From contig NC_092677.1 of NCBI RefSeq assembly GCF_964355755.1, positions 2,192,101 through 2,256,100 of the forward strand: a DNA stretch of 64,000 bases. Reading direction: 5' to 3'. The stretch is from Antedon mediterranea. Lineage: Eukaryota; Animalia; Echinodermata. Position 1 is the first letter of the stretch, and every line of letters starts with the position of its first letter. Position numbers and translations under genes: made by a program. Below the pieces are notes generated by a model. It had not been told where the DNA came from. It did not search any database and worked only from the letters and a program-made list of their open reading frames with translations. Below, piece after piece: positions 21,554 to 34,500 of this stretch.

Positions 21554-21871
21554 TAAAAGTGTAAACAAAATCAAATTTAAAATTTAGTTTAGTTCCACAA
21601 AATGTTAAATATGAGCGAATTTATTCAATCATTCATAACTTATTTATTGACAATACTATTGTATAAAACATTAACATTCATTAATATTATCAAACAAATT
21701 TATTACCACTGTAGAAATATTGATTTATAAATCTATTTTAATATTGTTCCCAATAAAAACTATCGGTACAAAACTCATCAACATTTTTTAATACTTAATT
21801 TATTGCTAAAAATATAAAATATTTCAGTGCAAAAGCTGTTTAATATGTACATGTTATTCAGGCTACCCTGC

Positions 21872-24334
21872 TCAATGAATTGACAGTAATTTTTCAATCA
21901 TTAAATGGCAAACTTTGACCTCATGACTCAAGTCATCTCTCTCTTGTAAAAGGCTAACAAGCTCTGATGAAACATCTAAAAATACAAACAATGGTTCAAG
22001 TCAATGAAAGAAAATTTGGTATGGGGGAAGGGGGGTGGGGTGGGAAGGGGGGTGGGGTGGTGAATGCAACAATAAGAATAACAGAAAACATACTTTGTCT
22101 CAGAACATTGAAACGTCTTTCAATTTGCTTATAAGAAATGTGGGAGCAGGCATTGCAACGGGTGCACAGGGGTTTTGGGGAGGGGAGATATCCTATTTAA
22201 TGTTAAGCTCTGTCTACACTATCAAACGTTATGTGACAAAAAATGTGATGTGCCCATTATTATGAACATGATTATGTCATATCACCACCATATTTGGGCA
22301 TATTACTACCATAGTTTGATAGTGTAGACAGCTTAACTTGCCATTTCCTAAATGCAAAGATGTCTGCATAATGGAATGTAGTGTTGACATCACCATGCCT
22401 CTTCAGATATCAATTGTTATTATCAATAAATAATCCAGGTATCAAGACTACCCTGAAGTTATTGTTTAAACATTCGGGTTGTCAAAAGTCATAAAATGGA
22501 TAGCCAAATGTTCTTCAGAATATTTATAATTGCTTAAATGTTTATATTTTGGTCTTCAGATAACATTCTACATTCCTAAACACATTCCAGTTGATTTAGG
22601 GTCAAATCATGTCAAATATATTCTGCTGCAGTTACTGCAGTACTGTTAACTACATTTGTTTTAACTGTTAACTTTCATATGATTTTAAATGTAGGAGTTT
22701 ATGAGGCAGTCACTGTAATACACAATTTGTATTATTTCTCATAAACAGGATAAAGTAGAAACAAAATGTAGTTACTGCAGTTACTTCAGTAGAATACATT
22801 ACTTGCCTGTACACTTTAACTTTATTGTTTCCAATATTTCAGACAGTTGTTCCAGACTTGAGTGTTTCACTAAAAAAAACATACAGTTACATTTACTTTG
22901 TTTATTTGAAATTTTACATGAACTACATCAATAACTAACCAGTACGCTGAGACAAAATTCACTTATGTCTACTCTATAGTTTAATAAAGCTCTGTCAACA
23001 CTATCAATCTAGTTTGACAAAAAAAGTGTGATGTGCCCAAATATGGTAATGATATGACATCATCATATTCATATCCATATATGGGCATCCCATTTTTTTT
23101 CTCACATAATGTTAGATAGCGTAGACAGAGGTTTACCAAACAGTATACAAATATACTGTACTTTAATTTATTTATGATGGTGTTGATGATCTGATTGCAT
23201 TTTAAATTGACAGCCATAAAGCAAAGTTACAGTATTTCCATTTTTCTAATAATACAGGAGTTTTGTAATATAATTATTATAAATAAAAAATAATTATATT
23301 TATCTAATCTTACACTCTTCATCCGTATAAATCTTAAAATGTTTATCCTTTTTATGTTCATCTTCTTTGGTGGTGACCTTTGAACCTTTTGCTTCGTTCA
23401 GAACAGGTAATAAATCATCAAAATCAGTATCAGTACTTGAATCCGATTGGCTGCTTATAAGTAAATCCGATTGGTTTATTTGCGGATGATGATGATGATG
23501 ATGATGGCCACAAACGTCACACACCAGGTCATCAACAGTCCATCCTTCACTCACATACTGATGTTCGCAGGGTAAATAAACAAACCTATCTGATGGAATG
23601 CCAATAGTGTATCCAGTTGCACATTCATTACCAGACTGTCTATGATGGCAGAAGCTAGCACTGTGGTTCGTCTTGACAAATTTAGGTTCATGTGAGTATG
23701 ATTCTTTACCTTTATTTTGATCAGCCATTTTCACATTTTCATCATTTATTGCATGTTCAACTTTTGTTGATTTATCGTTCCTTGTATCGTTCGTTATTCC
23801 TTCATATTTCTCGCGATAAATTGTAGATCCCTTCGCAAGGGCTGGATTTCGACCTCGTCTTAAGGCAATGTTTTCATCACTGTTGCATTTTCGTTTAGTA
23901 GCATGATCAAATCGTGCGTTAGAAACTCTGAGCGGGCTACTAGTTCGAGAACATGGCGTACTCTTCACTTCCATTAAGGGTTGAGGGACAATTAATTTTC
24001 CTTCGTTTCGTGCATATTTTATAATTTGCTGAAACTTTCCATCCAGAAGGCCCTTAAGTTGAGATGTTACGCTGTCTGTTGATAACTTGCGGTTACTTTT
24101 AAGACCCTGGTTGAGAACTTGGTGAGCTTTTGAGAAGCAGGCTTCGTGGCCTAGCTGTTCTTGATGGACAACACCAACTAGTTCATTGAAGCCTTCTTTA
24201 ATTTTTTCTTCTATAACGGGTTGGAAACACTCCTTGCATGTCACCAGTTCCTCTCCGGTACATTGGTGACAAATTTCACATTCATTCAGGTCAAGACTAA
24301 TTGTCACAAAATGTTCACTTTTTATCATTTTCAT
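21872..24334 (-). CDS. C21orf91: EURL / C21orf91-like protein, about 395 aa, 3 coding exons
   Basis: Exons 24334-23314, 22869-22807 (GC donor), 21975-21872. N-terminus EHFVTISLDLNECEICH...CKECF...GHEACFSKAH...QIIKYARN and C-terminus YTDEEL...VSSELVSLLQERDDLSHEVKVCHLMIEKLL match the vertebrate EURL sequence as I recall it. Probable 5' exon ends at 24736. Confidence 0.85.
22206..22334. mobile_element. MITE family A
   Basis: Family TIRs, internally deleted. Confidence 0.8.
22988..23131. mobile_element. MITE family A
   Basis: Family TIRs, diverged. Confidence 0.75.
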
Positions 24335-24849
24335 AGTTTCTGAAAAAAAAATGTTGAATTTATTTTAAGTAATTCCTAATTTCTTTTATTATACAGTATA
24401 ATAAAGCCAAACAAAACATATTTACATTACAGACGCATATACAGCAGATTAAATCATATTATAGTAAAATCATCTTTCTACATTATTTCAAAAGCATCTA
24501 TTTGAATTCCTTCTACCCCACAAAGCTAGCCCTACTTGAAGTTTGAAAGGTACCAACAACAAGGCGAGTAACAAGTGGCAGATCGACATCTTCCGCTGCA
24601 ACTCTCTCTCAGCTCCCTTTCTTCTTCAACAACACAATCAATAATTTTCATTTCGTATTTCTGTTGTGGCTTCTCTACTCTTTCTTAATTAATTTACCAT
24701 CTTATTTAATATGTTTACAGAAACTATAAACTTACATTTGAATACCACACTCTGTTAAATGTTTTCATCTTCAGCGTATAAAAGGCAAATCTATTATTTA
24801 TTTCTTCTACTTTCTCGCAAAAATGTCTTTGTCTTTATCCACTAAAAAA

Positions 24850-25200
24850 CATGCAGCTGGCCACACACAAGAGCAACGAAACGACGTTTGACAGATGTGA
24901 CGTCACCAATGTTTACGACTAAAACTTCCGGTTGTAGATTAACCTGCTGAATATTCATTGGCGTCTTGCTTTTGACTTTTATCATTGGGTGTGGTCGATC
25001 AAGCGTGAATAAACGATGCCAAGGTCAAACAACGACATTTGACACGAAAACCACACGCCTCTTTTACTAAAAAAGTTCGGCTCTCGTTTTACAGAACGTA
25101 AAGTATTTGTTAAGGTTATTCCTTGGTAAATTCATTGAAAAAGGAACGTTCTGTGAATATTTTTGCATGTTTATTTACTTTGTCGACGAGGTAGAATAAT
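24850..25200. promoter_or_regulatory. Putative bidirectional promoter EURL/UBASH3
   Basis: CpG-richer stretch between divergent first exons, with CRE TGACGTCA 24898-24905, CCAAT 24906-24910 and ETS CTTCCGG 24925-24931. Confidence 0.55.
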
Positions 25201-25545
25201 TGGCGACAGGTTTTTGGGGGCCGGGTGGGTGAGTTGAATTTGACAGGAGGAGGAGAAGGAGAAACACATCACGCACGGATCGAGCGGAGAGCGCAGCAAC
25301 CGTCGTAAGTTTGCGGAAGTACATAGTATTTAATAGTCTGTCTAGAGCCTATCAAGTACCACCATGCTGTAAATTTGAAAAGTAGGTTAGGGCCTATAGG
25401 CCTAGATTTTTGCAGAACCTAGCTGGTAGAACCATGGATAGCATGCCTGCATTTTAGGCATAGCCGGCTCTGCCTTTTGTATTGTAGATACCTAGGCCTA
25501 ATTATCTATGATTGATATTAATAATTATGATATTTGTTTTTGCAG

Positions 25546-28500
25546 ATGACTGAATCAACAACAGACAAGAAGCATGCTCCACTTCTTCGGTCAAGCACCA
25601 TTAAGTCCAGTACCAATAACCTGGAGTTGCTAATGAGTATGGGCTTCCCAAAACACAGAGTGTAAGTGCATTGTGTGACAAGTACATTTAGGTGCTGCTA
25701 TGTCTTACAAATTAGTCTTCCATTTTTTACCTACTTACTATTCCAGAAAAGAAGTTACAAATTACTAAAAAGACAGTTGTGTCTTGAATTTTTTTAAACT
25801 CTACCAATGCTGGACTCTATGAAACTGGAAACTTTCCAAAGATTTTTCCAGGTGTCCAAAAAGTCAAATTCTTTTGTTACCATAAAAACACAATCAGAAA
25901 ACCAGATTTCTGGAAAACCAATTAAATTCATATTTCAAATTTGTACTTCCTCATTTTAATATTATTTGAACAGAAATTGTATTTGCTAAGGTTATGTGAA
26001 TTTATACTTTAAAACTACCAACGAAATAACGATAAATGTTGATTTTTTTATTTCAGTGAGAAGTCTTTAGCATCAACTGGTAACCAAGGTGTTCAGCAAG
26101 CCTCTGATTGGTCAGTATTTTAATTTTTTATTTAAATTTTCACGGGTGCTACTAAAAGAACATTCTAAAATGATATATATAATGTTTTATTCTTTGGAAA
26201 ACAGTGGTGTAGGTTCCACAACACCAAATACTATACTACTTGTTTTCATACTGTAGTTTACTGTATACTATTATGGAGGAAAAAATTCCTCCATTATACT
26301 ATCCAGTGTTCTCCAAATACAGAAATCAACCGGGCAAAATACCAAATTTTATTGATGTAACTACGGTAATCTACCAAATACAAAAACGGCAAATAATATT
26401 GTACTTTGTCTCTGATTCAAGAAAATATAGCCTTTGATTGCTCTTGGTCTATGCATGGAGTTGTAAAATATTTTACAACTCCCTGGTCTATGTTTGTAAT
26501 GGTGAGGCCTAACACTACTACAGTAGTGCTAGAAAAGTGTTTATTTATTTATATATTTTTTTCTTACACCATTTTTAATTTTAGTCCAGAAAATGTTGCT
26601 GGAAAAATCTGCTTTAGAGGAAAACTTTTACCTATTCTATAATGATGTATTGAATTTTATCACAGTTAGTAGTGAAAGTTAAAACTGAATTCTAATTAAT
26701 CCAAATTAAACTTAAGATATCCGGAAAGTAAAATATACAATCCAGAGAGTGCTAAAGGAGGCGTTTAAACAGGTGCTGTGGTTCCTCCTGGTTTCTTTAG
26801 TATTTGTGTGGTTAAAGGTCATAGGTCAATGTCAGTGTTTTAATCCTCTGCAGAGTTTCCTGAATATTGTGCTCAAATCCCTTAACTAGAAATGTAAAAT
26901 GTTTTAAGTATAAACTACTTGCTAGAAATAGTTGTTAAATGTAAATAAGTCAATTGGTGTGTTTATACTACTCCATTACAAACCTAGTCAACCACACACT
27001 ATTATTGTAGTGTTTATCAAATATTTAATGATTCTAAGAATTTTGTTTGCATTGTAACTGAACTTTTAGTGTAATGTAAATATCAAGCTTCCCTACAGTT
27101 AGTACCTCATAGCATGATACAGTGCTATATTTTAATACATCTAACCATGGAGTAAAGAATTATTCTTTACTCCATGACCTAACTGTGTACTTAAGGATGG
27201 TGCCATACTTCCAAATAACCTAACCCACATATTTAAAGAGTTACTTGACTTGTGCCCTATGTAAGAAAATTGATGAACGAGTTCCATTAATTGAGATGGA
27301 CAGGCAATGTAGCATTTAAGGAATCGCAGATAGTTGCTTTAATTGCAGTTATCCCCAATGGAAAATTGGTTCGGCAGTATTTCTTATGAGCATAGTATTT
27401 GAACTATGTTGATTTCATTAAACTATGTTGTAGTGTACAATTCAGGAACCATTATAGTTTTGCCTCTCATCTTGCAACCTGACAGACACTAATGTTCACT
27501 ATTTTCCACACCATTTTCTCTGTCAGACAGGCTTTGTGTTCTGCAGGAACCATAGTAGTCACCTATTGCAATTATTACATTCAAACTTTTTTTAACAATA
27601 TTTGTTTTAACATTTTATTTTTTAAAGGCTTCTGAATCATCTTGAGGATAGCACGCTGGACGAGCACACTGCGCGTGAGTTCATCATGTACGCGTGTCCT
27701 GTTGGCCCGTTTGCGGAAGAACTCGAAACATTTTGGGACAAATCTCTAATTGAAGTAGGTCGTAATGGAGCACATAGCCTTCTACCACATGTCACTCTCT
27801 GCTCATTCTTTACAGTAAGTACTTCATTGTTTTTATTCAGGGAACAACATTTGTACCGCAGTTAACCTGTTAATTTGATTATTTTTACAAAGCTCTTTTT
27901 TCAGCTAATCATAAATTCATATTGTTTACTGCAGTGACTGACTCATAAATTATACATTTTTGCAGTAAAAAATGTAGTTACTGCAGTAACTACAGTAGAA
28001 TAATATTTGCATGATTCTTTAAAAACATAGTTTAGTTGAATTGGATGTGAACCCATGCATGTTATTTATGTAAAAATGCAAATAAATAATTGTTTTCTAA
28101 GAAAATATGGCAACAAACATGATAAGGTAACAGTTACAGTATGGTTACAATATACTACCTCTTGTTAATATTTTATCACTTCTAAAATACTACCATATTA
28201 TCTATATTGATATAGTAGATAACAAGGTATGTTATCTATCTAATAGTATCTTGGTTTAAATACTTGTGATTTTGTTTGTATTAGAAAATAGATAGAAACT
28301 GTGGGAAAGTAGATCATTATGTAGATCTCCGTTTTTAAAATTTACTTTTTTATCCACATTTGTAAAAATCTTGTACGAGCCAAATGTAATTAACTCAAAA
28401 TGTACAGAAATTGGGTGAACTTCAATACTAATACCTTTGCTAACAGTATTAAAAATTAAATATTTTAAGCAATTAAAAGTCAACAAATATTACCTGGATC

Positions 28501-31500
28501 AGGAAGTTGACTGCTCCCTGAATATATGTGTAATACAAATACTGTACATGCAAGAAATCCATTGTATAAATCTTTTCAACTTAAAATTCAATAGTATAAT
28601 TTATGTATATAAGATCCCCCACCTTTTTAACTTAAAATTCAATAGTATAATTTATGTCTCAAAAGTATTATAAATGTCTATATTTTAAATTTACTGTGAT
28701 TTCGTGTCAAGAACTCAAATTTGTAAACGGGATAATAAAGTATATTTGTTCTTTCTTTCCTTTTATAATACAATACATTTGTTCAGTTGTGACCTATTGT
28801 TATTTATTTTCTAAATAATTGAATTCAGTGTATCGTGTAATGTTAGTTATTTGGGAAACAGGATTTCCGTCTCCAATACAAAGATCTTTCAAAAGTCAGC
28901 AACATTTCTGTTTTATTTTTTTTAATAGTTGAATAAAATTGAATGTAGGAAGAGATTTAATTGGCTGGCCGTACACAGTACTTTGTATGCCACAATCTGA
29001 CAAGACAAGAACATTTTTAATTTAATTGGCTGGCCGTACACAGTACTTTGTATGCCACAATCTGACAAGACAAGAACATTTTTTTTAACAAAATGAAATG
29101 CCAGTAGGAACACTGCAGTTGTTTTAATATCAAAAGTGAAAATTACTCTTCAATTAATAATTGTTATTACTTTTTATTACAACTTACCTAAAGCTCTGTC
29201 TACACTATCAGACTAGTTTGTGATGTGCCCAAATATGGTAGTGATATGACATCATATGTCCATATATGGACACATTACATTTTTTGTCACATAAAGTGTG
29301 TACAGGTAGACAAAGCTTTCTTTGTGTTTGTAAATTTTGATAATAATTTCTGTCTTTTATTTCATACTCTTTATATAAGTAGCTTACTCGAACAAGCAAA
29401 AGAATATAAATATAACAGTTAACAAATAATTACTTTTTTTTTAGTTTCGAACTTTTAGCATTTTAATTGAATGCCTTTAGGCAATGTGGCCAAGGATTAC
29501 CAATAGTAATCACTGTGCTATCAGATAGTTGGTAATCCCCCTGATACAGGGGCTATTTTTTTAACCAGTTCGCCAGGGGTAACCTCCTACTGGGTTCTTT
29601 AAAGTGCACATGGGCAAACTGTGTGCCTATGGTTTATAGTCCTTATCCGAGACAACTTGTTCACCCCAAGGCTATTGATTTAAAAACATTCAATTTATCT
29701 ATGTTTATGTTCTATCAGTGTGATGATAGTTTGGTTGCCCAGGTAACGCACGCATTCCAGCTAGCTATAGATCGATGGAAAAATGAGGCTCCGGACCAAA
29801 TCGCAGTTGAATACTTCGCAGCTGCAAACTTCATCGGGTTGTTTATTGAAGAAGAAAACGCAGAGTACATGAGACGGGTTGCGCAAGATTTTTCTGTCGA
29901 AGCCTTAAATATTGCAGGTATCGTTTGAAAACAACAATCCCGAATTTCCTTGTTTCTTTACTTATTAAAATCAACTTTTTTTTTACTTTTAAAAACAAAT
30001 TATCGCAATAGCCTATATACTATGTTTACATAAAAAGCAGTTTGTGACCTTAAATTAGATTGAACAAACATAGGTAAAGTGCCAATTTCCTTGTTTTTTT
30101 TTGTCTTACATGGGTTCATCCCACTTTTATTTCCATACACTGTACAGTACATTCACATTGTTTTGTAGTGCTGCATCTCTTTACATAACTTTTCCGTTGA
30201 CATTGTGTTTTTAAATATGTTTACACACAATTTTCTTGTTTCTTTTATTTTTATTTATTTATTCATTTAGCATCCAATACATTTAAAATAACTAAACAAA
30301 GGATAAATACAACAAAAATGATTAATAAAAGTCAATTTATTGAAGTGATGTATTGTAATGTGTAAAATGAAAAAATAAAGTTTTTAAAAAAGAAAAAAAA
30401 AAGTCCATTTATTTCCAATTGGGTCCATAATTACATTGTTTAATACTTATTTTTTGTTATTATTTAATTTCTCTTAGGCATCAAACTTGAGCCTCATAAG
30501 AAACAGTTACATCTTACGTTAGCATATCAATTTCACCAGAGCCATCTTGAGAAACTAGAACAACTCACGAAGGAAATCAACGTTAATAAATCAGCTCGCT
30601 GGGAATTAAGGCTTTACTCAAGAGATGTTAGAGCGGGTAAAGGCGATGTAAGTTCAACTGATTTTTTATTTTAAATGTAAAACTTTATTTGAGATGTCAC
30701 AGCAGGTTATGCTGACATTTATGAAGGCAGAGAAGACAAATCTACAATAATTTGCTAAATTATGAGAGCCATTTTGGATGAAGTTTTAAGGCCAGAGAAA
30801 CCTCTTTATCTTAAGCTCTGTTACACTATCAAACTTTATGTGACAACAAAATGCCCATATATGGACATGATGATGTCATATCACTACCATATTTGGGCAC
30901 ATATATATATTTTTGTCAAACTAGTTTTATAGTGTAGACAGAGCATTAAAGCTCTATCTGCACTATCAAACTTTATGTGACAAAAAGTGTGATGTGCCCA
31001 TGTCATACCACTACCATATTTGGCCACATCACTTGTTTGATAGTGTAGACAGAGCTTGAAGAGTGGACATAAATGACAACTTGTCTTGGTTTCCATAGGT
31101 TTATCGTGTCTTGTATACCCGAGCAGCAAAAACAGAGGAGGAACTAGAAGCAACAAATGATGACTTTGTCTATCGTGACCAGAATGACGAAACATCAACT
31201 CCAGATTGGATTTACGGCGTATCCCATAAGACTGGTTGTTCTGGAATATTCCCATTAGATTATTTGGAATCATGTCCTGAATCAGACGTATGGACTTTAC
31301 ATAGGTTTGCAGAATTTTTTATTTTTTTTGGTGATGTTAAATTAATTTAAAAAGTACTGTATAAAGCTCTGTTTCAAACTTTATGTGACAAAAAAATGTG
31401 ATGTGCCCATATATGGACATGATAATGTCATATCACTACCATAATTAGGCATATCAATACCGTATTTGGGCACATCACACTTTCTTTTGTTAAACTAGTT

Positions 31501-34500
31501 TGATAGTGTAGACAGAGCTTAAAAAAACTCATTAAGCCCCACCCCAACAAGCCCCACCCCAACAAGCCCCACCCCAACAAGCCCCACCCCAACGAGCTCC
31601 ACCCCAACGAGCTCCACCCCAACAAGCCCCACCCCAACAAGCCCAACCCCAAAAAAAAATAAAAGTCATAATAAATATATTTTTACCTATTGACAGTATA
31701 CAGTAACTTATAATTAAAAAAAAAAGATTACTCAATATTTTAGGGTGGGTTTATACTCAATGTGGGTATTAAAAAATGCAGGTTACTTCAACAGCATGAA
31801 TGAATGTTTATAATGTCGTTTCCTTAATTTGTACACTAATGTCTTTTGCATTGTAATAAAAACCAATTAAACTTTAAAGCATTTCCTTATAGGTTCTAAA
31901 CGCCCTTAATTCTGCTTTTCAAACACTGCCTCACCATTCACTCAGGTGCATTGAGACCTGTACTCTATCAACTATAGGTACACACGATTTAAAGTACATT
32001 TTCTTGCTTGTATAGAGCATTTCCAATTACAAAAACCACTAGCGAACTGATTCCAGTACCACCGATCCGTCCGCCCGCTCCCGCGATGGGGTCAGACGAG
32101 ATGCATAGTAGTAAATACAGGAATTCGGTAGGACTGCTGCAGGGAAACCCAGAGTATGAAAATGTAAGTTTAACCATTCAGTGATTCTGTATGTTTATTT
32201 CAACTTTTTTCATGCATGTACTGTCCTATTATTGTATTAAATTATTGCATGGATATTCTGTTGATTTGTGCCCATGTTATGGACTAATAGATAGCAATAG
32301 GTCCAAATATTCATGGATGGCGTACTGTAAGAGTGATTGGCCTGTGGTGTAGCTATGGCCCCCAAAGCTTATGGGACTCCTGAACAGGACCCGGAGGAAT
32401 AAAAAGGCATTAAATATATGTTGAGAAAGGCTAGGAATGCCCAAGGCTTCCAGCGTTAGAGGGTCACTCAGCGTCCCTAAACCAGGGGTCTCGTGCCTCT
32501 GTTCTGCCACTGTATTGGGCTAGCATGCTAGGCATGGTTTCGACACCTGCCTTTAATATTATTTGCATATTACTTTACTTTCTCACTTTTTTCTTTCGAT
32601 GGATGTTGACTAATAAGCCATTGGTCATGTGTACATACAATGCATGTGTACATAGAGACTCAACGCAAGGACATAATGCAACGTAAGTGAGTTGACCAAT
32701 CACAAGCGATGGATTATTCGAACTATTGCTGGTCATTGGCCAACACGCTTGCGTTGCGTTTATGTCCTTGCGTTACGTCCTAGTGGGAACCAAGCTTAAT
32801 AGCTGATAAAGTATTCATTAAACCGACATTTACACTATTACACATTTACTTTGAGCTGTCTGAAACACACAGGATTAAAACACTAAAATTATTATTACTT
32901 TTGTTTAGATCACTATAAATAACCCCAAAAAGACCGATCCTAGGCAACTGTTTGTCGCGCGGCATGCCGAGCGAGTTGATATAACGTTTGGACAGCAGTG
33001 GATACGTCTTAGCTTTGATGATAAAGGTAATAAAATTTAAAATTAAATAGTGCATACTATTGCACCCACAATCGTCCAATCAAATGACAAGAATTTATTT
33101 AGGTGTTATATAAAAGAGTACTACTTGATGATAATCATCTATGGAACACCTTGACCTATGCAACAAATCATGTAGTTTTGGTCTGGAACTAAATGCTTTA
33201 TAAAGAAAACTAGAGAGGATGCTTAACAAAAATATAATGAGTTACAAGTAGGTCATGGTTGAAGCTTGACCTTACGATGTGATTTCAACCATGCTAACTA
33301 CCAAGTTACAGCTCCACTGGTTGAGGTAGAGTTACAAGTAATAGTTTTCAAGTAATGTAATTTAACTTTTTTTTTTCAAAAGGCAAATATGTCAGAAAAA
33401 ATATAAACATGCCACGGAAAGTTCCAGATAGAGCAGGGAGCCCTCAAACATTTATGCATGACTCACCGATTACAGAAATGGGTTTGTTCCAGGCAAGAAT
33501 GACTGGTAATGTTCTATATATTATCAATGATCATTTTATTTGTTTACATTATATATGCTTTAAGTGGAACAGAAGACCTGTTGTCTTGCCATCATAAAGA
33601 CAAGGGTCATAAGGTCAAGGGTCATGACTGTTTAAATTTTTTTAAAGAAAATCATTTATAATATTTCAGGAGAAGCGATGCGGGACGCAGGAATTCAAAT
33701 TAAATATATCTTCTCGTCACCGGCATTGAGAAGTGTGCAAACAGCAGATGCTATACTAAAAGGTATATTATGTATGGGAAACACGTTTTACTGTTTCTGT
33801 ATTTCTCATCAATTCTCAAAAAAAAAATGGTGAAACTACACACTCTCCCAAAGAAGGCAATCTGGATTATATTCAGCGGGTCAACACTGTCCAATTTTTC
33901 ACATTTATTTTCTTGATCTTCATCATACTGTATATACCTCAACGATATTAATCTCTCTAATATCTACTATAAACCACATCCTTCCTTTTTTATCCATTTA
34001 CCTCTGATCCATCCTTTCATCTCCACCACACACGATTTATAAAAAAAACTGTCAATAACATAATTAATTTAAAGGGGGATTCTGGGTTTAAAATTGCTTT
34101 TAAATATCGTTTATTTATTAAATAAAAAATATTATAACAATATAGACATGTCAGAATGAAGAAGTAATAACGAGAAATTAAAAAAATTAAATTTCATATA
34201 CATTTTAGGGTAAATTCATGGAAAGTCTGTTTTTCAGCAGCTTAGGGAAGCTCATTAATATTCATGAGATATTCACAAAACACGTCATCAGTGGATTCCA
34301 AACTCGCGACGTCAAGCTTGTACGTTGTGTTCTCTCTCCTCTGTCAAACGACGACCACCCGATCATTGTGAAATACATTTTTTGTAGATTTGCTAAGAAG
34401 CTAGGCCTAAAGTGTAATAATAACAGTAGCATATATTTATTTGACATTTAATGAAATACAAAATTTAGTACAGATTACGGAGTCATAAATTATACTATTT

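Noticed and set aside
26418-26446. CAAGA...TCTTG short inverted element next to a footprint
   Set aside because: The flanking 7-mers do not match, so it cannot be counted as another footprint.
28555-29085. Two short intronic tandem duplications
   Set aside because: Ordinary local duplications with no splice or coding signal.
31428-31735. GWGLL / WGGAC repeat ORFs
   Set aside because: Translation of a 15-bp repeat plus MITE sequence.
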